DNA of 64,000 bases from Nitrospirota bacterium (GCA_963751455.1 CAVVUN010000015.1:608001-672000); one strand, 5' to 3'; shown: positions 48,491 through 58,841, counted from the stretch's first letter. Program-made: numbers and translations. Notes: a model not told the origin generated them from the letters alone.

Positions 48491-48549
48491 CAAAGATTTG
48501 ATCCCGGCTTGTCCGGTTTAATTTTGTGGTCTTCATATTTAACGGCAAA

Positions 48550-50010
48550 ATGCAAACTATAAACTCGAAACTAAAAACCATAAACTATGACTCAATCATC
48601 GAGAAGGGAATCGTTTTTCTGCTGATATTTACTCCTCTCGCGATCGGTACAGTGCAGGACTGGTCCGCTGCGATAATGGAAATCGTCTCTTTTTTGATCT
48701 TTGCGGCTTGGTTGCTTAAGAATCTGACTTGTGAGTCTTCAGCCAAGGATTTTCCGGATCAGGCGGTCGAATCAGCGAATAAAAAACTTTTTATTTCGTT
48801 CTCCCTAATACTCTGCATAATTGTTTTCCAGATACTTCCCCTCCCGAGCCAGATCCTTTCCGTGCTTTCTCCGAAGAACTCCTTCTTGTATCAAACCCTT
48901 ATTGACGACCAAGCGTGGCGAACAATCAGCATTTGCCCGAACGCGACGTTTGATCAGATGATGAAAGTGATGTCGTACGCTGCTGTTTTTTTCGTCATCA
49001 TACATCATTACAATAATGAGGAGAAAATGAAAGGTCTTTTCAGAGCCCTCATCTATATAGGCTGTTCTCTCGCATTTTTGGCAGTGGTCCAGAAAGTGGC
49101 TGGGAACGGGAAAATCCTATGGCTAGTAAAAATACAGCCGGACTGGAAACCATTCGGGCCGTACATCAATAAGAACCATTTTGCCGGATACATGGAGATG
49201 ACAGCACCGATAGCGCTTTCCTATTGTCTCTATTTGCTCTCTAAAGTAAAAAAAGCGACTGACGCGCAGGGATCATCTAAGGTGAAGACTCTGCTTATGT
49301 ATCTCGACAATAAAAAAATATCGAGCGTTTCTCTGGCAATGACAGGCGTTCTGATAATCACCGGCGCACTTTTCATGACTTTCTCCCGCGGCGCGATTAT
49401 TGGATATATTTTGTCCATGATGCTTTTCATTTTGCTGTCGCGCTCGAGGCGATCCCTCAGGAAAAAGACCGGCTTTCTGGTTCTAATTGGCGCTATTGTC
49501 GGTCTGGCGGCGATTGCATCAGGTTGGTCGATGCTGCAGGAAAGGTTTGAACTCGCGGCACAGCACGGAACCACCAGGATTGACACTTGGCACGATTCGA
49601 TCTCGCTGCTGAAGGATTATTCCTTTGTAGGAACAGGCTTCGGTACGTTCGATCGCATTTATCCACTCTATCAGTCAAAATATCCGCATCTTTATTTTGA
49701 ACATCCTGAAAACGAGTATCTGGAGATCCTTGTGGAGACCGGCATAGTCGGTTTTGCAGCATTTTGGGGGCTCGTAATCGTCTATTTTTCATCGGTGCTC
49801 AAGAGGTGGCGTGAACGGCACAATGCGTTCGTGGTCGCCATCACAGTCGGAGGGATATCTTCATGCGCAGCGATAATGATACACGGTTTGACCGATTTTA
49901 ATATGCGTATTCCGGCAAATGCAATGCTTTTAACTGTCATTGCAGCAGCGACATACGCCGCTGTTTTTAAAGTGCATAACGTCAGAAACAACGCAGACGA
50001 ACGGATCTAA
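48550..50010 (+). CDS. O-antigen ligase (Wzy_C)-family membrane protein
   Basis: Many TM helices, GPYINKNHFAGYMEM, TFSRGA, R..TW, GTGFGTF, HPENEYLEILVETGIVG and HGLTDFNMRIPANA. Confidence 0.9.
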   Translation: MQTINSKLKTINYDSIIEKGIVFLLIFTPLAIGTVQDWSAAIMEIVSFLIFAAWLLKNLTCESSAKDFPDQAVESANKKLFISFSLILCIIVFQILPLPSQILSVLSPKNSFLYQTLIDDQAWRTISICPNATFDQMMKVMSYAAVFFVIIHHYNNEEKMKGLFRALIYIGCSLAFLAVVQKVAGNGKILWLVKIQPDWKPFGPYINKNHFAGYMEMTAPIALSYCLYLLSKVKKATDAQGSSKVKTLLMYLDNKKISSVSLAMTGVLIITGALFMTFSRGAIIGYILSMMLFILLSRSRRSLRKKTGFLVLIGAIVGLAAIASGWSMLQERFELAAQHGTTRIDTWHDSISLLKDYSFVGTGFGTFDRIYPLYQSKYPHLYFEHPENEYLEILVETGIVGFAAFWGLVIVYFSSVLKRWRERHNAFVVAITVGGISSCAAIMIHGLTDFNMRIPANAMLLTVIAAATYAAVFKVHNVRNNADERI

Positions 50011-50072
50011 TCAAGGAAAAATAATGACTATTAATCTTTTCTTTGCGACGGCGCGCAAAAATAATCGTTGAT

Positions 50073-50843
50073 ATGATCGAAAAACAAGCCAAAAAGAAAA
50101 TTTATCACATCGCTACGCTGCTATTGACGGCTCTTTTTTTCCTCTATCCCACGACAACGCTCGTGGCGGAATACTATCATTGGCGGGCTTCGTCGATACT
50201 AAAGAAGGTTTCACGCGAAAGCGGGCGCGCGCGTATCACTGAACGGAACATTCAGCACTACCTCGTTGCAATTCGTTTGTTAAAGGCAGCTTTATCCGCG
50301 CGCGCATCAGATTCTAGACACCATAAAGCAGTGTCGGAACTGTATCTGAGGATCGGAATATGGGCTATGGCCATGGAGACCATGAATGCGCCGCTTCCGT
50401 CCGGGTTGCTTTCAAGCAAGGACTTTTTTGTAAAAGCTGACGCCGCTTTAAAGACGGCGATAACATTGGAACCGACGAACCCCGATTATCATTTCGCACT
50501 CGGAACGCTGTATGACATCCTGGACAAATACAATGGGTTGTCGGAGAAGGAGCTTTCCAGAGCAATTGTCGCTTACCCCATAAACGCCTCCCTGCGGTAT
50601 GCCGTAGCTCTTCAACACCTTAAATCAGGCCGGCGAGGGGACGCACTGGAGCATGCAACAGCTCTTGCTATGCTTGAAGGAAGCAGTCCCTCTGAGGTAA
50701 GCCCCGGTTGGTTGTTCAAGGCATTTGAAATCGCATGGAGGGCAACAGAGGATAGTCAGGTTGTGCAGGGTATATCGCCGGAAACGCCGCAGGCATTAAA
50801 GGTACTGAAGCAGTATCTGGAGTGGAAGAGGATTAAACAATGA
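50073..50843 (+). CDS. Membrane-anchored TPR-like protein (VpsP-like position)
   Basis: N-terminal TM and helical repeats (AITLEPTNPDYHFALG, AIVAYPINA). Confidence 0.65.
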   Translation: MIEKQAKKKIYHIATLLLTALFFLYPTTTLVAEYYHWRASSILKKVSRESGRARITERNIQHYLVAIRLLKAALSARASDSRHHKAVSELYLRIGIWAMAMETMNAPLPSGLLSSKDFFVKADAALKTAITLEPTNPDYHFALGTLYDILDKYNGLSEKELSRAIVAYPINASLRYAVALQHLKSGRRGDALEHATALAMLEGSSPSEVSPGWLFKAFEIAWRATEDSQVVQGISPETPQALKVLKQYLEWKRIKQ

Positions 50844-51041
50844 ACAATAATCATGTCATTTGGCATGATCTGCTTAAAATCAGAGATAATACGAGCCGTC
50901 AAATAAGTTCAGCAGCCGTCCGTGTGATTCACTGCTTTGATCGATGGTATATCTCGATTTTGAGGGGTATGTGCGTGATAATGATAAGTCCGAGGTGGGA
51001 CCAACGAATTCTTGAGGTCTGCAAAAATTGGAGAAAGAATA

Positions 51042-51869
51042 GTGTCTGAAGATACAAGAGTTATCATCGAGGCCGGCCGCACGGAATTGCACTACTGGAA
51101 AGACTTGTGGCGGTATCGTGAACTTTTTTATTTTCTCGCATGGAGAGATATCCTGATTCGTTACAAACAGACAGCAATCGGCATGCTCTGGGCGCTGTTG
51201 CGTCCTCTACTCACTATGGTGGTTTTTACTGTGGTTTTCGGTAATTTGGCCAAACTGCCGTCAGAGGGTGTGCCCTACCCTATTATGGTTTTTGCTGCTA
51301 TGCTGCCGTGGCAGTTTTTCGCAAATTCCCTTTCCGAGGCAAGCAATAGTCTGGTTGGCAGCGCTAATTTGATCTCGAAGGTATATTTTCCCCGTCTAAT
51401 TATGCCGACGAGTGCTGTTATCACGAGTTTTGTCGATTTTCTGATTTCTAGCGTGATTCTCGCCATGCTGATGGCATGGTATTCTTTTGCCCCCGGTTGG
51501 CAAATCTTCACCCTGCCGTTGTTTGTCGCCATTGCGTTTGCCGCCGCAATGGGGATCGGGCTCTGGCTGACCGCTCTGAATGTCAAGTATCGTGATTTTC
51601 GCTATATTGTACCTTTTATTGTTCAGTTTGGCCTATATGTATCACCAGTAGGTTTCTCCAGCAATATAGTGCCTGAAAAATGGCGCTTGATTTATTCACT
51701 TAATCCAATGGTCGGCGTAATCGATGGATTCCGATGGGCGATACTTGGTATAGATAGCTATATTTATCTGCCCGGCTTTTTTCTATCCTTGGTTATTATA
51801 GCAATAACTTTGATTTCAGGTATCCAGTATTTCAGAAAAACCGAAAAAACCTTTGCGGATGTAATATGA
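51042..51869 (+). CDS. wzm: ABC transporter permease Wzm
   Basis: DLWRYRELFYFLAWRDILIRYKQT, LISKVYFPR, LNVKYRD, LNPM and FADVI; GTG start after GGAG. Confidence 0.93.
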   Translation: MSEDTRVIIEAGRTELHYWKDLWRYRELFYFLAWRDILIRYKQTAIGMLWALLRPLLTMVVFTVVFGNLAKLPSEGVPYPIMVFAAMLPWQFFANSLSEASNSLVGSANLISKVYFPRLIMPTSAVITSFVDFLISSVILAMLMAWYSFAPGWQIFTLPLFVAIAFAAAMGIGLWLTALNVKYRDFRYIVPFIVQFGLYVSPVGFSSNIVPEKWRLIYSLNPMVGVIDGFRWAILGIDSYIYLPGFFLSLVIIAITLISGIQYFRKTEKTFADVI

Positions 51870-53098
51870 GATCCACGGTAATTAGAGTAAGCAATCTCAG
51901 TAAAAAATATATTCTTCGTCATCAGCAAAAGGAGCGTTATACCGCATTGCGCGATGTAATTACGAATAAGTTCAAACGCATCGGAAAGAGTCTTATTCAT
52001 TCAACTGGAATGATACCATCAAATTCAGAAGAAGATTTTTTTGCTCTTAGAGATGTTTCTTTTGAGGTCAAGCGTGGCGATCGGATCGGAATCATAGGCA
52101 GAAACGGCGCGGGAAAATCTACTCTTTTGAAGATCCTGAGCAGAATCACAGAACCAACTACGGGAAGGATCGAAATAATCGGCCGAGTAGCTAGTTTGCT
52201 TGAAGTAGGTACAGGATTTCATCCTGAATTGACAGGTAGAGAAAATATTTTTCTTAATGGCGCTATTCTTGGAATGAAAAGAGCCGAAATAAGAAGAAAG
52301 TTTGATGAGATCGTAGCTTTCGCCGAAATTGAAAAGTTTTTAGACACGCCCGTGAAGAGATATTCATCCGGCATGTATGTTCGGCTTGCTTTTGCTGTGG
52401 CGGCGCATCTCGAGCCGGAAATATTGATTGTCGATGAAGTCCTCGCTGTTGGTGATGCTCAGTTTCAGAGGAAGTGTTTGGGAAAGATGGAAGACGTTGC
52501 TAGAGAAGGGCGGACGGTGATTTTTGTAAGTCACAATACAGGAGCAATCCAGCGGTTGACAAATTTGGCAATTCTGTTGGAAAAGGGGAAAATAGTCCGT
52601 TACGGTTCGACAAGTGATGTTGTTGCTTCGTACTTCGAGCTCAATGTCGCTTCAAGCGTACACTCATCGTATAAAACCGAAATGGAAGATTTTAGCGTCA
52701 AGTCCGTTTGCTTTAATTATGATTTCCTCAAACCTGGTTTTAATAAACCATTGTGTTTTGATTTTACAATCTCGACCGACAGCAACAAAAATTCAGTCGC
52801 GATAGGATTTTCGATCGTGAACTCAATAGGATCCAAATTGCTGACTTCCATATCTAGAATCCCCGAGCTGTCTGCGGGAGAACATTATATTTCTCTCATT
52901 TTGAAAGACCATCGATTACCTCCAGGCATTTACTCACTGAATGTTGGGATAGATATCCACGGAAAAGGTATATTTTATGAGGAAAATATTCTCAGGTTTG
53001 AATTATCTGACAAGGATGTCGATGATGAATTCCTGACTCAAAGAAGAGATAGGATGGGCGCTTTCGTCATTAGTGAAATGCGGTTACGGCAATCATGA
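51866..53098 (+). CDS. wzt: ABC transporter ATPase Wzt with C-terminal domain
   Basis: GRNGAGKST, YSSGMYVRLAF, IVDEVLAVGD and VSH, plus a beta-rich C-terminal extension (LPPGIYSLNV). Confidence 0.95.
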   Translation: MRSTVIRVSNLSKKYILRHQQKERYTALRDVITNKFKRIGKSLIHSTGMIPSNSEEDFFALRDVSFEVKRGDRIGIIGRNGAGKSTLLKILSRITEPTTGRIEIIGRVASLLEVGTGFHPELTGRENIFLNGAILGMKRAEIRRKFDEIVAFAEIEKFLDTPVKRYSSGMYVRLAFAVAAHLEPEILIVDEVLAVGDAQFQRKCLGKMEDVAREGRTVIFVSHNTGAIQRLTNLAILLEKGKIVRYGSTSDVVASYFELNVASSVHSSYKTEMEDFSVKSVCFNYDFLKPGFNKPLCFDFTISTDSNKNSVAIGFSIVNSIGSKLLTSISRIPELSAGEHYISLILKDHRLPPGIYSLNVGIDIHGKGIFYEENILRFELSDKDVDDEFLTQRRDRMGAFVISEMRLRQS

Positions 53099-54072
53099 AT
53101 AGATATATTGTAATTACCACTATTAACGAGAAGTCGTATGGAATCGAGCAGTTTGAGCAGATGGATGGCTGGAACATCGTAATAATAGGTGATAAGAATA
53201 GCCGGAAAATCCACTCCTCAGGGAATCTTATATTTTTATCAATCGAAGATCAAGAAAAACTCGGCTATGAATTCGTTAAAGTATGTCCGTATAATCACTA
53301 TACAAGAAAAAACATAGGGTACTTATTTGCCTTACGCAACAACGCAGATATTATCTACGATACCGACGATGACAACATACCTCATGCCAGATGGAACCTC
53401 CATGATTTTATTTGCGAGAAAAAAATCAGTTCAGACAATAAATTTATAAACATTTATAAATATTTTTATAATGGGTCAATATGGCCCAGAGGATTTCCTC
53501 TTGATGAAGTTGCCCAGGACGGGAAGAATATCGTCACGGACGTTAAACCCGTAAGAATTGGAGCTTGGCAGGGGCTGGCAGATTCCGATCCTGATGTAGA
53601 CGCGGTATACAGGTTGTTTTTTAATAAAACAATAACATTTGAAAATCGACCGGCGATAGCATTAGAAAAAAATAATTATTGCCCGATTAACTCACAAAAC
53701 ACATTTTGGAATAAAAAATTCTTCGAATGCCTCTACCTGCCATCGACTGTCAGCTTTAGATTTACAGATATTTTACGCGGATATGTAGCACAGCGCCTTT
53801 TCTGGAGTTCCGATCATCATGTTGGCTTTACGGACGCAACAGTATATCAGCAAAGAAACGCACACGATTTAATGAAGGACTTCAAAGATGAAGTAGAATG
53901 CTACTTAAATACGAAGCCGATAGTAGCTTTGCTTGACTCACTTGAACTTGGCTCCGATGTTTTGAAAAATTTAGAACTCGTTTATTCTAAACTATTAGAA
54001 AAAGGATATGTAGAGAACCAAGAATTAAATCTCCTGAAGGCATGGATGTCAGATTTCACGCGCAATAAATGA
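53095..54072 (+). CDS. STELLO-like (GT75/RGP-related) protein
   Basis: IVITTIN, IGDK, PYNHYTRKNIGYL, IYDTDDDN, WPRGFPL, QGLADSDPDVDA, NSQNT, FRFTDILRGY and RNAHDLMKDF. Confidence 0.8.
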   Translation: MNRYIVITTINEKSYGIEQFEQMDGWNIVIIGDKNSRKIHSSGNLIFLSIEDQEKLGYEFVKVCPYNHYTRKNIGYLFALRNNADIIYDTDDDNIPHARWNLHDFICEKKISSDNKFINIYKYFYNGSIWPRGFPLDEVAQDGKNIVTDVKPVRIGAWQGLADSDPDVDAVYRLFFNKTITFENRPAIALEKNNYCPINSQNTFWNKKFFECLYLPSTVSFRFTDILRGYVAQRLFWSSDHHVGFTDATVYQQRNAHDLMKDFKDEVECYLNTKPIVALLDSLELGSDVLKNLELVYSKLLEKGYVENQELNLLKAWMSDFTRNK

Positions 54073-54224
54073 CACCTCATTTTTCTACAGTTAATAGTAT
54101 ATAGCACTCGTTTATGCTAATTATTGAAATACTAAAAGCTCGAATTATAGATTGCTCATTGGACGTTCTAAGCGCAATTTAATAAAATGCGGTTGGGAGT
54201 GAGAAAAGGTAGTTTGGAGAAACA

Positions 54225-55343
54225 ATGCTTCGAAAAATAATTAGGTATGTAAAGCAACGGACTCTTGGTACTGCGCTAAAAACTCTAATAGCACGTAATC
54301 TCAGGACTGGTTATTTGACTAGATTTAGTGTAAATAACGATAGGGAAGCCGTCTTATTACTCATTAATCAAGCAGAGAGATGGCTAAGTATCAGCCCTGG
54401 AAGTAATAATGTTTTGTTAATCACAGATAACAGCAGCCTGTCATATACGATAGAATCTCGTTTGTCTAAAAGAAGTATCGATTTTCAAAAATCTACACTT
54501 GATATGATAGAGCAAGTTACCAGAAATCATGTTAAACATACAGCTTGTATAATAGCAGGTTTTGTTGACCCAAAGCTATTGACCAAACTCGGAAGTCAAC
54601 TTTCCAAACATCCATTCCTGTCGGAAATACCATTCGAATTCGCTGTCATTCCGGCAAATTCTTATTCTACGTTACTAAATCATGATTGGCAAAAAAACGA
54701 GTCATTTGTTTCTCCACTGCTTATTTCCGATATAAATTATTTTGATATTTATGAATCGTCACTCTCGCTATTTGAAAGAAAGTGCCAAATTCGAGACTAT
54801 ATGGATTTATGCCAATTATTACAAACAACATTCGAAAGACAGGTAGATGGTGATGTTGCAGAGTTTGGTTCGTTTAAAGGGCATAGTGGTTATTTGATGG
54901 CTAATTTATTACGCAAAGCTAATGTTAATAAGAAATTATTTATGTTTGATATGTTCGATGAATTTCCAGAAGAAAAAATTGGTCTAGATGCTTTTTGGAA
55001 CAAGACACATCAAGTTGACTTTCAAGAAGTTAAGGAAAAGTTTAGATCTTTTGAAAATGTCGTAATTGTTAAGGGAGACTTCACGGAGACCTTTCGCAAC
55101 ACTGACATCCATAAGCTATGTTTTGTATACATAGACTGCGATTCATACAGAGGAACTAAATTCCTTCTGAATGCAATATTTGATCAGTATCTCAGCAAAA
55201 ATGGAATTATTGTCCTAGAAGATTATGGACATGGCCCACTTTTAGGTAATAGAATAGCATTTCATGAGTTTTTTGATAACAGGGAAGACTGTTTCAAGTT
55301 CTTCTCGCAATTTAGCGGTTTCCAAATAGTAGTAAAAGGGTGA
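54225..55343 (+). CDS. TylF/MycF/NovP-family O-methyltransferase
   Basis: GDVAEFGSFKG, FDMFDEFP, VKGDFTET, VYIDCDSY and GIIVLEDYG. Confidence 0.88.
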   Translation: MLRKIIRYVKQRTLGTALKTLIARNLRTGYLTRFSVNNDREAVLLLINQAERWLSISPGSNNVLLITDNSSLSYTIESRLSKRSIDFQKSTLDMIEQVTRNHVKHTACIIAGFVDPKLLTKLGSQLSKHPFLSEIPFEFAVIPANSYSTLLNHDWQKNESFVSPLLISDINYFDIYESSLSLFERKCQIRDYMDLCQLLQTTFERQVDGDVAEFGSFKGHSGYLMANLLRKANVNKKLFMFDMFDEFPEEKIGLDAFWNKTHQVDFQEVKEKFRSFENVVIVKGDFTETFRNTDIHKLCFVYIDCDSYRGTKFLLNAIFDQYLSKNGIIVLEDYGHGPLLGNRIAFHEFFDNREDCFKFFSQFSGFQIVVKG

Positions 55344-55427
55344 TCAGTTAGCTTTAGAGAAAATGCCAAATCTGTTCTACTCTTGTTTTTCGAATATAGT
55401 AAAGTCATCTAATTTATTTAACAAAGA

Positions 55428-56339
55428 ATGGTATCTTGTATGACACATCTAAAAATATCAGTAGTAACGTGGGATGCGGGATTTCGAGAGCATTTTCATA
55501 CAGTTGATGCGTTCGCCAATCAAACGATTCCGAAGGACGATTATGAATTCATCTGGGTTGATTATTACAATGATATTACGCCGGAATTGCAGACAAAACT
55601 TGGCCGCATTTCGAACGCGAAAGCTCTGCTTGTCAATGGAAATGGGCAATGGCGTTTAGCGACTTGTCTAAATTATGGAACAAGAAACTGTTCAGGGGAA
55701 TTACTGGTAATTCCGGACGGGGACATCGTTGTAACTCCGGACTTTTTATCTAAGATTCTTGAAGCCCACTCCCGGATAGATAATCTGGTCTTATATATCA
55801 GAAGATGGGATGAGCCGCAACAGGCTCATAACCCTGCAATATCTGTCGAACATTTGGACAAAGTATGTGAAGTGAAAAATGCTACTAACTACGGTGGTTG
55901 CATTACTCTGAGGAAACATGTTTTGGAGTATGTGAATGGCTATGAAGAACATCATCTATTTGCTGGTGCTAGTGCAACTAGCATGGAATTGTATATCAGG
56001 CTTAAGAACGCGGGTTTCCCAATAATGTGGCATCCAACAGTGAAAATTTATCATCCCTGGCATGCCAATACCGGAACGCCAGCTCAGAAGATAGAGCAGG
56101 AAATGTGGCTAATGAGTCGAAGGAATTTAGCAATAAATTTTAAGGCGTCATCAGACCAAGTGGATACGTACTTGAAAGAGTATGATAAGCTACTGGCGAG
56201 AAATGGAATAATGGAAAGGTTAGGATTAATCAATTTAATAGCAAGCATATTAGACACAGTAGGACTTAGACCGCCCATAAGTAAGCTATTGCGTTATTTT
56301 AAAAAATTACGAAACCATATACGGAAAAGTCTAAGCTAG
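55428..56339 (+). CDS. GT-A fold (GT2-like) glycosyltransferase
   Basis: ISVV...YEFIWVD, LNYG...GELLVIPDGD, VNGYEE and IYHPWH. Confidence 0.75.
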   Translation: MVSCMTHLKISVVTWDAGFREHFHTVDAFANQTIPKDDYEFIWVDYYNDITPELQTKLGRISNAKALLVNGNGQWRLATCLNYGTRNCSGELLVIPDGDIVVTPDFLSKILEAHSRIDNLVLYIRRWDEPQQAHNPAISVEHLDKVCEVKNATNYGGCITLRKHVLEYVNGYEEHHLFAGASATSMELYIRLKNAGFPIMWHPTVKIYHPWHANTGTPAQKIEQEMWLMSRRNLAINFKASSDQVDTYLKEYDKLLARNGIMERLGLINLIASILDTVGLRPPISKLLRYFKKLRNHIRKSLS

Positions 56340-56343
56340 AATA

Positions 56344-57270
56344 ATGGAGTCAAGTTCTATGAATAATGCAATTACCGCGAATAAATCGCCGAATTTCTTT
56401 ATTGTCGGCGCTGCTAAATCGGGAACCTCTTCTTTGTGGAAATATCTGAAGGAAAATCAAGAAGTATTTATGCCGGATGATGAACTTTATAAAGAACCTT
56501 CTTATTTTTCGATTTCATTCGAACTGGGTATCGATTGGTATCTGGACTTTTTTAAGAAAGCAAATCCGCAAATTCATAAGGTGATAGGAGAGGCATCTAC
56601 ATCATATTTAACGCATCCCGAGGCAGCGCAGAGAATATACGAATTTAACCGTCAGTCAAAAATTATTATAATTTTGCGAAATCCAGCCGAAAGAGCATAT
56701 TCTCTCTACCGTTGGATGGTTCAAGACGGTTATGAATATGCCGGAACATTTGAAAGAGCCTTAATCCTAGAAAATAAAAGAATAAACAAGAAAATTCCTA
56801 ATTATTATGAACCGGAATATTATTATAATTATTTATATTTCAATTCCGGATTGTATTATGAACAGGTAAAGAGGTATCTTGACCTTTTCGGCAACTCAGT
56901 TTTAATTGTCAAATTCGATGACTTTAAAAATGACCTGAAAACACAATATAAGCGGGTCTGCCATTTTTTAGGCGTACAAGAGAATGTATTTACTCCGGAA
57001 ATACATAATATTTCGAAAAGTGTTTACTCGGCAAAATTACAGTTCGTGCTGAGGAAGATAAACGACCGCCTTATTCGACAAAAAGCATTCAAGACAAAAA
57101 AAGAAAGAGACGCTTTATTGGAATGGGGAACTCGGAGCCGCAACCCGACAAGGATGAATGACGAAACAAAAAAGATGCAGTTGAAAAGTTACGAAAAAGA
57201 CATACGGCGTTTGTCCAAACTAACCGATATGAATTTCGACGATTGGATGCTGCCGAGAGCGGATGGATAG
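56344..57270 (+). CDS. PAPS-dependent sulfotransferase
   Basis: 5'-PSB PNFFIVGAAKSGTSSL, KEPSYF, GEASTSY and 3'-PB LRNPAERAYS. Confidence 0.92.
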   Translation: MESSSMNNAITANKSPNFFIVGAAKSGTSSLWKYLKENQEVFMPDDELYKEPSYFSISFELGIDWYLDFFKKANPQIHKVIGEASTSYLTHPEAAQRIYEFNRQSKIIIILRNPAERAYSLYRWMVQDGYEYAGTFERALILENKRINKKIPNYYEPEYYYNYLYFNSGLYYEQVKRYLDLFGNSVLIVKFDDFKNDLKTQYKRVCHFLGVQENVFTPEIHNISKSVYSAKLQFVLRKINDRLIRQKAFKTKKERDALLEWGTRSRNPTRMNDETKKMQLKSYEKDIRRLSKLTDMNFDDWMLPRADG

Positions 57271-57551
57271 TCGAAACTTGATTTTGAATCTCAAAGGAAA
57301 TATTGTGAACAGCAAACATGCCGAGTCCATCAGCGAGAGAGCAATTCTTGTACAAAATTATTTGGTGTGCATCTGCAAAGTATTACGAATGCGGAAACCG
57401 CTTCGACCCCGCGTGCACTAACATTGACTTTTTATCCAGCAGCATGAGCGTAGTTGCTCATGAGCATAAAAATGGAATTCCCCTGTTCAGCGTTACGCCG
57501 TCAATAGTTATATCGAAAGCTAGTCTAGTTTTTACTTAGACACAGGGCAGG

Positions 57552-58841
57552 ATGGAACTCGCATTACATGGAGGCGAAAACAGCTTGAACGTGCTGCTAA
57601 TCAACCAGTCGGATATCGTCGGAGGCGCTGCAATTGCAGGACATCGCTTATATAGCGCACTGCGTAAACGAGGGGTCGACGTAAAAATGCTTGTCGACAT
57701 AAAGAATACGATTGACAACGATATCGCTACCTGTAAGCCAAGAGGCAGAATAGAATCGAGATTGATTCGTCTTGCCGGCATGGGCGGACTCAGCTATGTA
57801 GCTGTCAATAGCTTCGGCTTGACTCACCATGAATTCTATCAGCAGGCTGATATTCTGAACTTGCATAATTTGCACGGAGGTTATTTTAATTACCTTTTAA
57901 TTCCCAGATTGACGAAAATGAAACCAGCAGTTTTTACCCTTCACGATATGTGGAGCTTTACAGGCCACTGCAGTCATAGCCACGAGTGCGAACGCTGGAT
58001 AAGTGGTTGCGGGAGATGCCCTCACCCTGAAATATATCCTCCGATACATAGAGACAATACTTGGTTGGAGTTGAAGCTGAAAAAATGGAGCTATAGCCGC
58101 TCTCGTTTAGCGATTGTGTGTCCGAGTAAATGGCTCACCAATCAGGCTAAAAGGAGCATACTCAAGGACATTCCGATTTATTACATTGCGAACGGAATTG
58201 ATACTGAGGTATATCGACCGCGTGACAAGGAGCAATGTAGGTCAGTTCTTGGCATCCCTAAAGGGAAACGGGTTATTATGACCGGTGCTCAAAGTTTGCA
58301 TAAAGTGTTTGACCTGCTTTCGGGTTCGTTGCAAAGACTACCTGCATCCATAAAGAATGACACCGTGTTGCTCACGATAGGCCACGGTGGAGAAAATTTA
58401 TTTTCTAATATCGGCATTGAAACAATTAATCTCGGATACGTGGGTAGTGATCTTTTAAAATCAGTATGCTACTCTGCCGCTGATCTATTTATTTTTTCGA
58501 CTCGCGCCGATAATGTGCCGCTCGTGCTTCAGGAAAGCATGGCGTGCGGTACCGCTATGGTCTCTTTTAACGTCGGAGGCGTTCTCGAACTAGTACGTTC
58601 GGGAGAGACTGGATATCTGGCTGAAGCAGAAAATTGTTCGGACTTTAGCAAGGGTATTGAGGTTGTTTTGCAGGATCAGAAACTACGCGATCGAATGGGA
58701 CAAAATTGTCGAAATCTGGCAATAAAAGAGTACAGCCTGGAATTGCAGGCAAAAAAATATATAGAATTGCTCCATGCCGTTTTAAACGGAACAGCGGGTC
58801 TGAAAGGAATAGAAAACCATTGTGCAGTGCCCCACTGTTAA
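57552..58841 (+). CDS. GT4 glycosyltransferase
   Basis: GGAAIA, TLHDMWSFTGHC, NGID and DNVPLVLQESMACGT. Probable start TTG at 57585. Confidence 0.9.
   Translation: MELALHGGENSLNVLLINQSDIVGGAAIAGHRLYSALRKRGVDVKMLVDIKNTIDNDIATCKPRGRIESRLIRLAGMGGLSYVAVNSFGLTHHEFYQQADILNLHNLHGGYFNYLLIPRLTKMKPAVFTLHDMWSFTGHCSHSHECERWISGCGRCPHPEIYPPIHRDNTWLELKLKKWSYSRSRLAIVCPSKWLTNQAKRSILKDIPIYYIANGIDTEVYRPRDKEQCRSVLGIPKGKRVIMTGAQSLHKVFDLLSGSLQRLPASIKNDTVLLTIGHGGENLFSNIGIETINLGYVGSDLLKSVCYSAADLFIFSTRADNVPLVLQESMACGTAMVSFNVGGVLELVRSGETGYLAEAENCSDFSKGIEVVLQDQKLRDRMGQNCRNLAIKEYSLELQAKKYIELLHAVLNGTAGLKGIENHCAVPHC

Noticed and set aside
57318-57539. 73-aa ORF inside the glycan locus (also 50840-51049)
   Set aside because: No recognisable motifs or convincing support; probably spacer or remnant sequence.
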